This document shows positions 36,362-44,389 of a stretch of DNA of 64,000 nt, in pieces. The stretch covers positions 8,831 through 72,830 of the forward strand of contig PFWT01000006.1 in NCBI GenBank assembly GCA_002791275.1, given 5' to 3'. Under the pieces are notes generated by a model. The model was not told where the DNA came from, searched no databases, and saw nothing but the letters and a program-made list of their open reading frames with translations. Source of the stretch: Candidatus Uhrbacteria bacterium CG_4_9_14_3_um_filter_41_35. GTDB lineage: Bacteria; Patescibacteriota; Patescibacteriia; UBA9934. The first letter of the stretch is position 1; every line of letters begins with the position of its first letter. A program made the position numbers and the translations under genes.

Positions 36362-37504
36362 ATGTCATTAAAGCAGCACGAACAATTTTTGCAAACTCTT
36401 GAGCAGTCAAAAAGACCGCTTATTGTGCTTCCTGAAAAAGCAAATGAAGACGATTTCGCTTCAGCTTTTGGTGTTGCTGGATTACTTTCAAAGTTAAACA
36501 AACCAGTTGACATTGCTTCAGCCGGTGGTGCCTCTCCGCAAAGTTTAAATTTTCTAAAGAGCGCACAAAAAATAAAAGGTGACCTGCCAAATATCCGGAA
36601 GATGACCCTAACCCTAAAAACACAAACAGCAAAAGTGGACGAACTTTCTTACCGGGTTGAGGGCGACACTCTGCAAATAAATATTGTTCCAAAAACCGGA
36701 GCCTGGACAGCGGAAGATGTAAAGATTGTGACCGACAGCTACAAATACGATTTAATTATTTCAATTGGCGCTAAAGAGCTGGAACATTTCGGCAAGCTTC
36801 ACGAGCTTTACGCAGATTTTTTCTTTTCAGTGCCAATCATCAACATCGACCACACCACAGACAATGAATTTTTTGGCCAAATGAATTTGGTCGATATAAA
36901 TGCTGTTTCGAGTTCTGAAGTGATTCACGGACTATTTAAAGAAATAGATCCCGGACTAATTGATGAAGAAATCGCTACGTATTTTCTTACTGGAATTATC
37001 TATAAAACAAAAAGTTTTCGAAATGAAAATGTAACACCTCAAACACTCAAAGTTGCCGGAGAACTTATTGCTCGCGGAGCTAGGCGAGACGAGATTGTTA
37101 AAAATCTTTACAAAACCAGAACCGTGGAAACACTACGCCTCTGGGGCAGAGCGCTAGCCAGACTTAAATCCGATGACAGCCTTGGTTTTGTGTGGACACT
37201 CCTTAGTCGCCAAGACTTTATAAACGCTGGAGCCGACGAAACTGCGCTCGAAAATGTAATCGAAGAACTGATGATGACATCACCGGACGCCAATGTTGCA
37301 GCCGTTTTCTACGAGGAAAAAAATAATAATGTTCGAGCGTTCCTTCACGCCAGCAGACCGTACGACGCACTCTTGCTCGGTGCCCCCTTCTCTGCCTCCG
37401 GAACCAGAGAACGGGCTTTTCTCAACTTAAAAGAAGACAGTCTAGTTAAAGCCGAGAAACGAGCCATTACGCACATAAAAACACAACTAAAAGAATCACG
37501 CTAA
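36362..37504 (+). CDS. DHH/DHHA1-family phosphoesterase-like protein (NrnA-like; DHH motif degenerate: IDHT)
   Basis: Overall NrnA-like architecture with NIDHTTDNEFFG in place of the canonical DHH motif; 380 aa. Assignment tentative. Confidence 0.5.
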   Translation: MSLKQHEQFLQTLEQSKRPLIVLPEKANEDDFASAFGVAGLLSKLNKPVDIASAGGASPQSLNFLKSAQKIKGDLPNIRKMTLTLKTQTAKVDELSYRVEGDTLQINIVPKTGAWTAEDVKIVTDSYKYDLIISIGAKELEHFGKLHELYADFFFSVPIINIDHTTDNEFFGQMNLVDINAVSSSEVIHGLFKEIDPGLIDEEIATYFLTGIIYKTKSFRNENVTPQTLKVAGELIARGARRDEIVKNLYKTRTVETLRLWGRALARLKSDDSLGFVWTLLSRQDFINAGADETALENVIEELMMTSPDANVAAVFYEEKNNNVRAFLHASRPYDALLLGAPFSASGTRERAFLNLKEDSLVKAEKRAITHIKTQLKESR

Positions 37505-38190
37505 CCGTGATTTTTTGTGTCGTTATTTTGACTAGTCGCCCCGCACCCATACCGTCATCCTGAAGCGAGCGACGATTCACGCTGAAGGATCTCCTTCGCC
37601 CTGTGCTGAACCGACATTTGCTTGGTGATTCGGTAATGAGGTTCTTCGGTGTGATTCACGTTCACCTCAAAATGACGGTTTACTTAGGTTCTTCAATGTA
37701 ACTCACACCAGGCTCTGAATGAGGATATGATGAAATTCTTCGCCGTGATTCATACTAGACTCAGAATTACGGTTTGGTTTTTAGTAGTGCGATGTGATTT
37801 TTATGTCGTTATTTTGACTAGTCACCCCTCACCCATACCGTCATCCTGAAGCGAGCGACGATTCACGCTGAAGGATCTCCTTCGCCCTGTGCTGAATCGA
37901 CATTTGCTTGGTGATTCGGTAATGAGATTCTTCGGTGTGATCCACGTTCACCTCAGAATGACGATTTGGTGCGTTGACTAACTAGTCAATATTGTCATAA
38001 ACAAAAACACAATTCTTGTGAGCATAAAATGCTCACAAACTAAGACTGAGTTGCAGATGCGACTGAGTCGCATCTGCAACTCAGTCTTAGATAATAAAAA
38101 AACACCGCAATCAAATCAAATCAAATCAAATCAAACCGTAACCCAGGTCTTGGCCAGGGTCAATCAGTAAATTTAAAAAGCTCCTTTTAT
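37505..38190 (+). repeat. Composite ORF-free mosaic repeat element, copy 2. It has two ~290/185-bp direct sub-repeats containing the A and B modules, the 8-bp hairpin (38018..38036), the perfect 24-bp-stem hairpin (38040..38090, loop tga), (AAATC)3 and the same conserved tail.
   Basis: Direct comparison with 11172..12075: module B (cacccataccgtcatcctgaagcgagcgacgattcacgctgaaggatctccttcgccctgtgctgaaccgacatttgcttggtgattcggtaatgag) is repeated at 37543 and 37835. The hairpins and tail match copy 1 nearly base for base. Confidence 0.85.
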
Positions 38191-38254
38191 AGCCTAAAGC
38201 CTAATACAAAAATGCATTCCTATTTTTTACACAAAGTGGTATAATTTTTTTTAA

Positions 38255-39718
38255 ATGGGAGGTATTCTTCAGACATATGCCAGACAGTCAGCACCGCCGG
38301 AGCACCGGGTGGAACTTTTTGTTCGTGGAGAAACACGACTTACCTGGATAGGCTTACTTTTTAATGAATATCCGAACGCTGAAGTTTACCTAGTTGGCGG
38401 AACTCTGCGTGACATTATTCTCGGTCGCGTACCAAACGACATCGATCTTTTAGTTCGTAACGTACCACCTGCAGAACTCGATATCTGGCTAAACGCACAC
38501 GGCGCTTCTGAATTTGTGGGTAGGTTTGGAACTTACAAGTTTGTGCCACACGGGAATGTAAATAAACAAGCAATCGACATCGCGCTACCTCGAACCGAAC
38601 GCAAACTGGAAGATCACGCTGGCGGGCGTCGTGATATGGATGTTTCTTTTGATTACAAACTGCCGATTAAAGACGACCTAGCTCGGCGTGATTTTACAAT
38701 TAACGCCATGGCCTACAACATTAAAACTGGTCGGCTCATTGACCCCTTTCTTGGCCTTCAGGATTTATACAACGAACTTATTAACGCTGTACTTGTACCA
38801 GCGACCAGGTTCGAAGAAGACGCTACGCGCTTACTTCGTGGTCTGCGCTTTGCAAGTCAGCTTAATTTTGGAATTGAAAAACTTACTTGGCAAGCAATTC
38901 TAGCTAACATCGAGCTACTCAATAAAAAAGCGCCAACCGAAGACGGTACCCGAGCCTACATTGTGCCCCGTGAAGCAATTGGCCGCGAGTTTATTCTGGG
39001 TTTTATGGAGCACCCCGTGCACACGCTTCGACTCTGGAGTGAATCAAAGGCACTCCATATGTTCATGCCAGAACTTGCCGAACTAGAATTTAAAAATGAC
39101 AACGAACTGCAAAAAACACTCAATCTTCTAAATACCCTCAAAAACAAATCTTTTATCGCCAGTTACGGATACTTGAACACTCCTCTTAATGTGCTCGTGG
39201 CTGGTCTCATGGTCTTTACACACGGCGATAAGCACAAGCACGCGCACAATATTTGTACAAAACTTCACTTCCATCAATTTCCACCTGACCATAAAGCAAG
39301 TATGAATTGTGAAACAATTAAGTGGTTAGTCGAACACGTTGATATGTTCGAGGAAATTGATCCAGCGAGTATTCGACCAAGTCAATTTGAAAAAATGTTT
39401 CTTTCAAAACGCGGTCAGGAGCTTCTACTGCTGATGCATGCCAAACATATTGCTAGCGCTAAACACAGTGTGGCAAGAGAAAGGCTCCATACGGCTCGGC
39501 GGATTAAAGACGCTATGCAAACTATATTTGCAGATAGTGATCTAAATGGTAGATTACCACAATTAATTTCTGGCCGAGATATTCAAGAGTTCGGGATTCT
39601 GCCTGGCCCAACCTATCGTGAAATTTTAGACGAAGTTCGCGATGCTCAACTAGCTGGTGAGATTGTTTCTTTCGATGACGCAAAAACTTTCTTACGCCAT
39701 ATTGTAAATAAAATATAA
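38255..39718 (+). CDS. cca: CCA-adding tRNA nucleotidyltransferase / poly(A) polymerase-family protein with HD domain
   Basis: Head-domain motif YLVGGTLRDIILGRVPNDIDLLV and RRDFTINAMAY; C-terminal HD-like region; 487 aa. An A-rich promoter with TATAAT lies at ~38249. Confidence 0.8.
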   Translation: MGGILQTYARQSAPPEHRVELFVRGETRLTWIGLLFNEYPNAEVYLVGGTLRDIILGRVPNDIDLLVRNVPPAELDIWLNAHGASEFVGRFGTYKFVPHGNVNKQAIDIALPRTERKLEDHAGGRRDMDVSFDYKLPIKDDLARRDFTINAMAYNIKTGRLIDPFLGLQDLYNELINAVLVPATRFEEDATRLLRGLRFASQLNFGIEKLTWQAILANIELLNKKAPTEDGTRAYIVPREAIGREFILGFMEHPVHTLRLWSESKALHMFMPELAELEFKNDNELQKTLNLLNTLKNKSFIASYGYLNTPLNVLVAGLMVFTHGDKHKHAHNICTKLHFHQFPPDHKASMNCETIKWLVEHVDMFEEIDPASIRPSQFEKMFLSKRGQELLLLMHAKHIASAKHSVARERLHTARRIKDAMQTIFADSDLNGRLPQLISGRDIQEFGILPGPTYREILDEVRDAQLAGEIVSFDDAKTFLRHIVNKI

Positions 39719-39748
39719 AACGACCCCACCTTAGTGAGGTCGTTTTAT
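39717..39748 (+). terminator. Rho-independent terminator after cca
   Basis: aaaaCGACCccaccttagtgaGGTCGttttatt. Confidence 0.55.
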
Positions 39749-39784
39749 TAAACAAAAAAAAAGAGTTTGCACTCGCATTACTCT

Positions 39785-39970
39785 TCACGAACTACGCCCT
39801 TTAGTTCTATCCTCCAAAACCCGCTCGGTTTCATCCACGCTGTTTTCAATCAGCTGGTTAATCATAGACGCAGTCGCCATAGCGGCCAAATCTGCATCCC
39901 GGTAAATAAGGAGATACTCTGCGTAGAGCACCCTCATAAGCTGACCCAGGTTGAGCGTTAACAATTTCAC
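39785..39970 (-). CDS. Hypothetical small protein (61 aa) in a GC-enriched segment
   Basis: ORF only; could be non-coding. Confidence 0.2.
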   Translation of the reverse strand: MKLLTLNLGQLMRVLYAEYLLIYRDADLAAMATASMINQLIENSVDETERVLEDRTKGRSS

Positions 39971-40056
39971 CTCCGTTAGCAGCCCAATTTATCTTAGGCT
40001 GTAGTCGGAGCTGGCGACGTGGTCGCTAATATTTGAAAATTCATTGAATCCTCAAA

Positions 40057-40284
40057 TTATCTCTTGCTGGAATAACTGACCATAATCAAACCGTGTTGAC
40101 CATGCTTTAGTTCCGCATAAGCGTTACCAGCATCGAGATCAACTACCGCTTCGAAGTAGTCAATCTGCTCCCTCCAGAGAGACTTCATTACCAGACACTC
40201 GACGACAGCGCCGTCAGCGTACCTGGCACAGGCGTACTTAAGGAAATCAAGCACAAATGCCGCAATCTCCTCTTTAGTTTTCAT
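40057..40284 (-). CDS. Hypothetical small protein (75 aa) in a GC-enriched segment
   Basis: ORF only. GC-enriched composition. Lies adjacent to the 3' end of tRNA-Val(GAC). Confidence 0.3.
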   Translation of the reverse strand: MKTKEEIAAFVLDFLKYACARYADGAVVECLVMKSLWREQIDYFEAVVDLDAGNAYAELKHGQHGLIMVSYSSKR

Positions 40285-40650
40285 AAAACCTCCAAAAGTT
40301 CAGTAAAAACTTGAATCTCATTCAAACCTTTACTGAACTATGGAATAGATTTTGTTCTACTCCAGAAAAGTAACTAGCCGAAATATTCGATAACTTTCGA
40401 ACTCATCCAAAGAAAAAAAGCTAATGTTAGCCAATATTGCTTTAGTGAGTAGGTACAAAAGTACTGCAATAAACCCTAACATTAGCTTTCTGATGGTTTT
40501 TAGACTAAAGTTTATGATGTGAAAGACGCCTTTTCTTCATCTTTATGTGTTATTTCTGTTTCTTTATCAATTTTAAAAATCCTCTCTAGTATAGCATAAT
40601 TTGTAGGTTTTGTCAAGCGAAAAAGCACTTTTTTCTTAATAATCTAATCA

Positions 40651-40679
40651 AAAAACCCCAGCTTATGCTGTGGTTTTTT
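40651..40679 (-). terminator. Terminator hairpin immediately 3' of tRNA-Val(GAC)
   Basis: Minus strand reads aaaaAACCACAGCataaGCTGGGGTTttttg. Confidence 0.5.
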
Positions 40680-40680
40680 G

Positions 40681-40757
40681 TGGTGGACATAGGGGGACTC
40701 GAACCTCCGACCTTCACAATGTCAATGTGACGCTCTAACCAGCTGAGCTATACGTCC
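40681..40757 (-). tRNA. tRNA-Val (anticodon GAC), CCA encoded
   Basis: Manual cloverleaf: GGACGTA-TA-GCTC-AGCTGGTTA-GAGC-G-TCACA-TTGACAT-TGTGA-AGGTC-GGAGG-TTCGAGT-CCCCC-TATGTCC-A-CCA, with one A:C mismatch in the T-stem. Confidence 0.85.
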
Positions 40758-40774
40758 AATTTTTGTTATTTTAC

Positions 40775-41203
40775 CTAAATATTGTCAAACGTCAATTCTT
40801 CTTCTTTATCAAGACCCATATTACTATCGATCCATGATTGATTACCAGCTCTTGTGATCAGCATTAAAAACAAACCGATCATTATAAGCGCCCCAAAACC
40901 AATCAGACCGGCGATTGTAAGCTCTAAAACCCCACAACCAATCACAGACGAAAGTGTGTCTAAAAAATTCAGGTTAGGTTCTGCGCAAGCTTTCACCTGC
41001 CCTTCTCCAAGCCTAATGCCACCATAACTGGCACTAATTGCGGTAACCATCGAAGTAATTGTAAACAAACAACTGAATCTCGCTTTTCGCATTTTGGTCA
41101 TTCTAAAAAGTGCCATCACGGCAAAAAAAACACCACCTACAAACCAGTAAACCGGAAACCAGAAAGCAGTAATAATCGCTACAAACCAAAATATTTCTGT
41201 CAT
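40775..41203 (-). CDS. Integral membrane protein (4 TM), hypothetical; a 48-aa hydrophobic mini-ORF (about 41204..41350) abuts its start
   Basis: Hydrophobic profile. The upstream mini-ORF MLPFATFVFFIGILITYYSIKNNSSDARMFAISVFVVSFGFGFIDYLINF* ends exactly at this gene's start codon. Confidence 0.45.
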   Translation of the reverse strand: MTEIFWFVAIITAFWFPVYWFVGGVFFAVMALFRMTKMRKARFSCLFTITSMVTAISASYGGIRLGEGQVKACAEPNLNFLDTLSSVIGCGVLELTIAGLIGFGALIMIGLFLMLITRAGNQSWIDSNMGLDKEEELTFDNI

Positions 41204-41477
41204 AGATTAAAAATTAATCAGGTAATCGATAAAACCGAAACCAAAGCTCACCACGAAAACTGAAATTGCAAACATTCGGGCATCTGAAGAGTTATTTTTT
41301 ATAGAATAATATGTAATCAAAATTCCAATAAAAAATACAAATGTGGCAAATGGTAGCATAAGCTCTACAAATCAACAGTTTATTTGAGTAACTTAGATGA
41401 AGTAGAACGTCTTGGCAAGCTAGGCTCTGAGTTATATATTGATTATAGCTTATAAATAAAAGAAACACGATTTTCCT

Positions 41478-41927
41478 ATGCTTGAATGGAACCCCTCAAT
41501 CTCCGTTAACGACGCAACTATAGATAGTCAACACCAAAAACTACTACATCAAATTAATGTACTTTTAGAAACAATACGTTCTCATTCAGAAAAAGAGAAG
41601 ACTGAAGAAAGTTTGAAGTTTCTGGATGATTACATTAACGATCATTTAGCTTATGAGGAAGTGTATATGAAAAAACACCAATATCCTGCATATAAAGAAC
41701 ATAAGCAGATTCACCAGACTTTCAAAAAAAGATATAAAGCCTTTAAAATAGAGCTAAAAACCGAGTCTAATGAGGTCGTTACAAACAACATAGAGAATTT
41801 CCTAGCTAACTGGTGGTGGAACCATATTTCAGTAGAAGATCAAAAATATCAGGATTATATTGAATTAATTGGAAAAGTACACCTCAAAAAGGAATCAGAA
41901 AACTTCCACCAGACTATTCAGAGTTAA
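41478..41927 (+). CDS. Hemerythrin-like metal-binding protein (bacteriohemerythrin family)
   Basis: W-x-P-S-x-S-V-x-x-x-ID-x-QH-x-x-L N-terminal motif (LEWNPSISVNDATIDSQHQKLL), H..EE and WW.NHI..ED.KY C-terminal His/Glu ligand motifs; 149 aa. Confidence 0.7.
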   Translation: MLEWNPSISVNDATIDSQHQKLLHQINVLLETIRSHSEKEKTEESLKFLDDYINDHLAYEEVYMKKHQYPAYKEHKQIHQTFKKRYKAFKIELKTESNEVVTNNIENFLANWWWNHISVEDQKYQDYIELIGKVHLKKESENFHQTIQS

Positions 41928-41940
41928 ATTAAACCTCTAC

Positions 41941-41969
41941 AAAAAATACTTCCGCAAGGGAAGTATTTC
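41941..41969. terminator. Bidirectional hairpin terminator between the hemerythrin gene and tRNA-Ile
   Basis: aaaAATACTTCCgcaaGGGAAGTATTtctt. Confidence 0.5.
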
Positions 41970-42046
41970 TTGGTGGACCCACTTGGACTTGAACCAAGGA
42001 CCGCCGAGATATAAGCTCGGTGCTCTAACCAGCTGAGCTATGGGTC
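41970..42046 (-). tRNA. tRNA-Ile with anticodon TAT (UAU; decodes AUA), CCA encoded
   Basis: Manual cloverleaf: GGACCCA-TA-GCTC-AGCTGGTTA-GAGC-A-CCGAG-CTTATAT-CTCGG-CGGTC-CTTGG-TTCAAGT-CCAAG-TGGGTCC-A-CCA. All stems are perfectly paired and the anticodon loop is C-U-U-A-U-A-U. Confidence 0.8.
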
Positions 42047-42144
42047 CGAATTTGTTTTCAGATTGAAAAAAAATTGTGTCTGAAACTGAAAAAAAAATAC
42101 CATTTAGACTTGATTTTGTCAAAGTAATGTGCCATACTCCTAGA

Positions 42145-43056
42145 ATGAAAAATCTTGCATACAAAATTGAAACTCCAGAGCGTCTTGACCAAGTGGTGGC
42201 CAAAGCTCTTCAGATTTCGCGAAGTAAAGTTCAAAAAGCCATAAAGGCCAAACAAATCCTAGTAAACGGTAAGGTTGAAACACCTCATTTTAAGCTTCAG
42301 GGAACCGAAATCCTCGCTTTTGACCCAACAAGTTTTGACGATAAAGTAATGAGTATCGACAAACCTCTGCCGTTAGACATCATCTACGAAAATGACGATG
42401 TTCTTGTTATAAACAAGCCGGCCAACCTTCTGGTTCACGAAACAGAATCTAGCACAGAGACAACTTTAGTTGATTCGATTTTAGCGTATAATAAAAAAAT
42501 AGCAAAAGTTGGCAACGATCCAAAGCGTGCCGGTATTGTGCACAGACTCGACAAAGACGCTTCTGGTGTAATGATCGTTGCTAAAAACAACAACGCTTTT
42601 GACCATCTTAAGAGGCAATTCATGGAACGAAAGACAACAAAACGCTACACAGTTATGGTTATGGGTCAGATGGAAAAGGATCACCAAACAATCATGATGC
42701 CAATCAGTCGCTCTAAAACTCATGGCCGAATGGCAGCTAAGCCAGCGAGCCAGGGTGGAAAAGAAGCGATTACACATTACGATGTTGTGGAGCGGTTCCG
42801 TCATCATTCCCTACTCGACGTTACTATTGAAACTGGGCGAACCCACCAGATTAGAGCCCATATGTTTGCACTTGCCCACCCGGTTGTTGGTGATAGACTG
42901 TACCGAATGAAGGGGATCAAACCTCGTCCGATCGGAAGAATCTTCCTACACGCTCGGGAACTCACAATTACTCTACCAAACGGTGAAGAAAAAATATTTA
43001 CTGCGCCCCTACCTGAGGATCTTCAGCTGGTACTTGCAGAGATTCCAAAATCATAA
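42145..43056 (+). CDS. rluD: RluA-family 23S rRNA pseudouridine synthase (RluD-like, N-terminal S4 domain)
   Basis: S4 region (ERLDQVVAKALQISRSKVQKAIKAKQILVNGK) and catalytic HRLDKDASG motif. The ORF track starts at GTG 42076; the ATG at 42145 matches the RluD N-terminal alignment better. Confidence 0.8.
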   Translation: MKNLAYKIETPERLDQVVAKALQISRSKVQKAIKAKQILVNGKVETPHFKLQGTEILAFDPTSFDDKVMSIDKPLPLDIIYENDDVLVINKPANLLVHETESSTETTLVDSILAYNKKIAKVGNDPKRAGIVHRLDKDASGVMIVAKNNNAFDHLKRQFMERKTTKRYTVMVMGQMEKDHQTIMMPISRSKTHGRMAAKPASQGGKEAITHYDVVERFRHHSLLDVTIETGRTHQIRAHMFALAHPVVGDRLYRMKGIKPRPIGRIFLHARELTITLPNGEEKIFTAPLPEDLQLVLAEIPKS

Positions 43057-43095
43057 ATCTAGAGTTAACGCTGGTTTTTTGCTTGAATAATTTCT

Positions 43096-43737
43096 TTGAA
43101 CTCAATACTAAATATGACCTACGAGGAAGCCCTAGGCTATCTTAAACAAATTCCGAACCTTAAAATCACCCTGTCAGGAGATATCGGATCTGGAAAATCT
43201 ACTTTTAGTAAACGGCTGTCTGCAACCCTAGGTATTGATCGGATTTACATAGGTCAACTAATGCGTGAGGAGGCACAAAGACGTGGTATGACCTTGGATG
43301 ATTTTAATGAGCTGTTAAAAATCGACAAAACAATTGATCAAGAAATTGATTTGGCGCAAAGAAAAAAAGCCGAAGGCTATAAAAAAGTTATTTTTGAAGG
43401 GCGAACTTCTTGGTACTTTGTGGAAAACGCTGATCTAAAGATCTTTTTGAAAGTAAACCCGGATATTGCAGCGCAAAGGGTTTGGGGTGATAATGACAAT
43501 CATTTGCGCGACACTTATAGCTCGATAGAACAAATTGTCGAGGCAAACAAAGCGCGTAAAGAAAATGAAATTGCCAGATATAAGGCGCTTTACAACATTA
43601 ACATTGCAGATGAGAGGAATTTTGACCTGATAATAGATACCTCAAATACTGGAATTGAAGAAACTTTCCGAGATAGCCTAGTAAGCATCGCGCAGTTTAT
43701 GAAGCAGAAGCAGGACTTGACTAATATTAGCGAGTAA
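43096..43737 (+). CDS. P-loop nucleoside/nucleotide kinase (cytidylate-kinase-like)
   Basis: Walker A ITLSGDIGSGKST at the N-terminus, about 200 aa, NMP-kinase-like layout. Specific substrate not determinable. Confidence 0.5.
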   Translation: MNSILNMTYEEALGYLKQIPNLKITLSGDIGSGKSTFSKRLSATLGIDRIYIGQLMREEAQRRGMTLDDFNELLKIDKTIDQEIDLAQRKKAEGYKKVIFEGRTSWYFVENADLKIFLKVNPDIAAQRVWGDNDNHLRDTYSSIEQIVEANKARKENEIARYKALYNINIADERNFDLIIDTSNTGIEETFRDSLVSIAQFMKQKQDLTNISE

Positions 43738-43819
43738 GCTACACTGACGCCACTATTTAACAACCGATGAATGAAGACATTAATGCCTTCCTCTGATCAG
43801 GTGAAGTAACAAAAGTCTT

Positions 43820-44254
43820 ATGACGGAAGAGGAAAAGAAAGCTGTAGAAGCTCCTGAAATGGAAGCCCAGTCAGAGGAAAAAGAGGTAGAAACTACTTCA
43901 ATCCCTGAATCAGATGTAGAGGCTGAAGTTGTGGAAATGCCACATTCAGACATTCGCCCAGGAATGCTTGTACGAGTTCACGAAAAAATTAAAGAAGCAA
44001 ACCCAAAGGGAGAAATTAAAGAACGAATTCAGGTTTTTGAAGGAATTGTGCTTGGTCTAAAGAGTGCAAGCTCTGCAAGAACAATGACTGTTCGAAAAAA
44101 CTCAAAGGGTTGGATGGTTGAAAAAATCTTCCCACTTTCTTCACCAAACATCGACAAAATCGAAGTTGTGAAGCAGTATCGAACTAGACGAGCTAAAATC
44201 ACTTTCTTGCGCGGAAAGCACAAACGAAAGATGATCGAGGTAAAAACAAAATAA
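43820..44254 (+). CDS. rplS: 50S ribosomal protein L19 with acidic N-terminal extension
   Basis: The core (RPGMLVRVHEKI...ERIQVFEGIVLGLKSASSARTMTVRKNSKGWMVEKIFPLSSPNIDKIEVVKQYRTRRAKITFLR) aligns to bacterial L19. Confidence 0.85.
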   Translation: MTEEEKKAVEAPEMEAQSEEKEVETTSIPESDVEAEVVEMPHSDIRPGMLVRVHEKIKEANPKGEIKERIQVFEGIVLGLKSASSARTMTVRKNSKGWMVEKIFPLSSPNIDKIEVVKQYRTRRAKITFLRGKHKRKMIEVKTK

Positions 44255-44274
44255 ATAACGATTTTATATCGTAA

Positions 44275-44308
44275 GCAAAAAACCCACGTTTAAAAACGTG
44301 GGTTTTTG
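44275..44308. terminator. Bidirectional terminator between rplS and uvrA
   Basis: aaaaAACCCACGTTtaaaAACGTGGGTTtttg. Confidence 0.6.
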
Positions 44309-44389
44309 TCAGCTAGACACGCACCAAATAAAGTTTGATGCTCACACCTAGCTCGAACCTATAAAATATCTAACCAACAGTCAGATATT

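Noticed and set aside
36362-37504. Considered calling this gene nrnA/recJ
   Set aside because: The DHH motif is degenerate (DHT) and other catalytic motifs are not evident. Kept as a DHH-family-like protein with reduced confidence.
39522-39788. ORF-track CDS (88 aa, minus) overlapping the 3' end of the CCA-enzyme gene
   Set aside because: Antisense to a well-supported gene; no motif; spurious.
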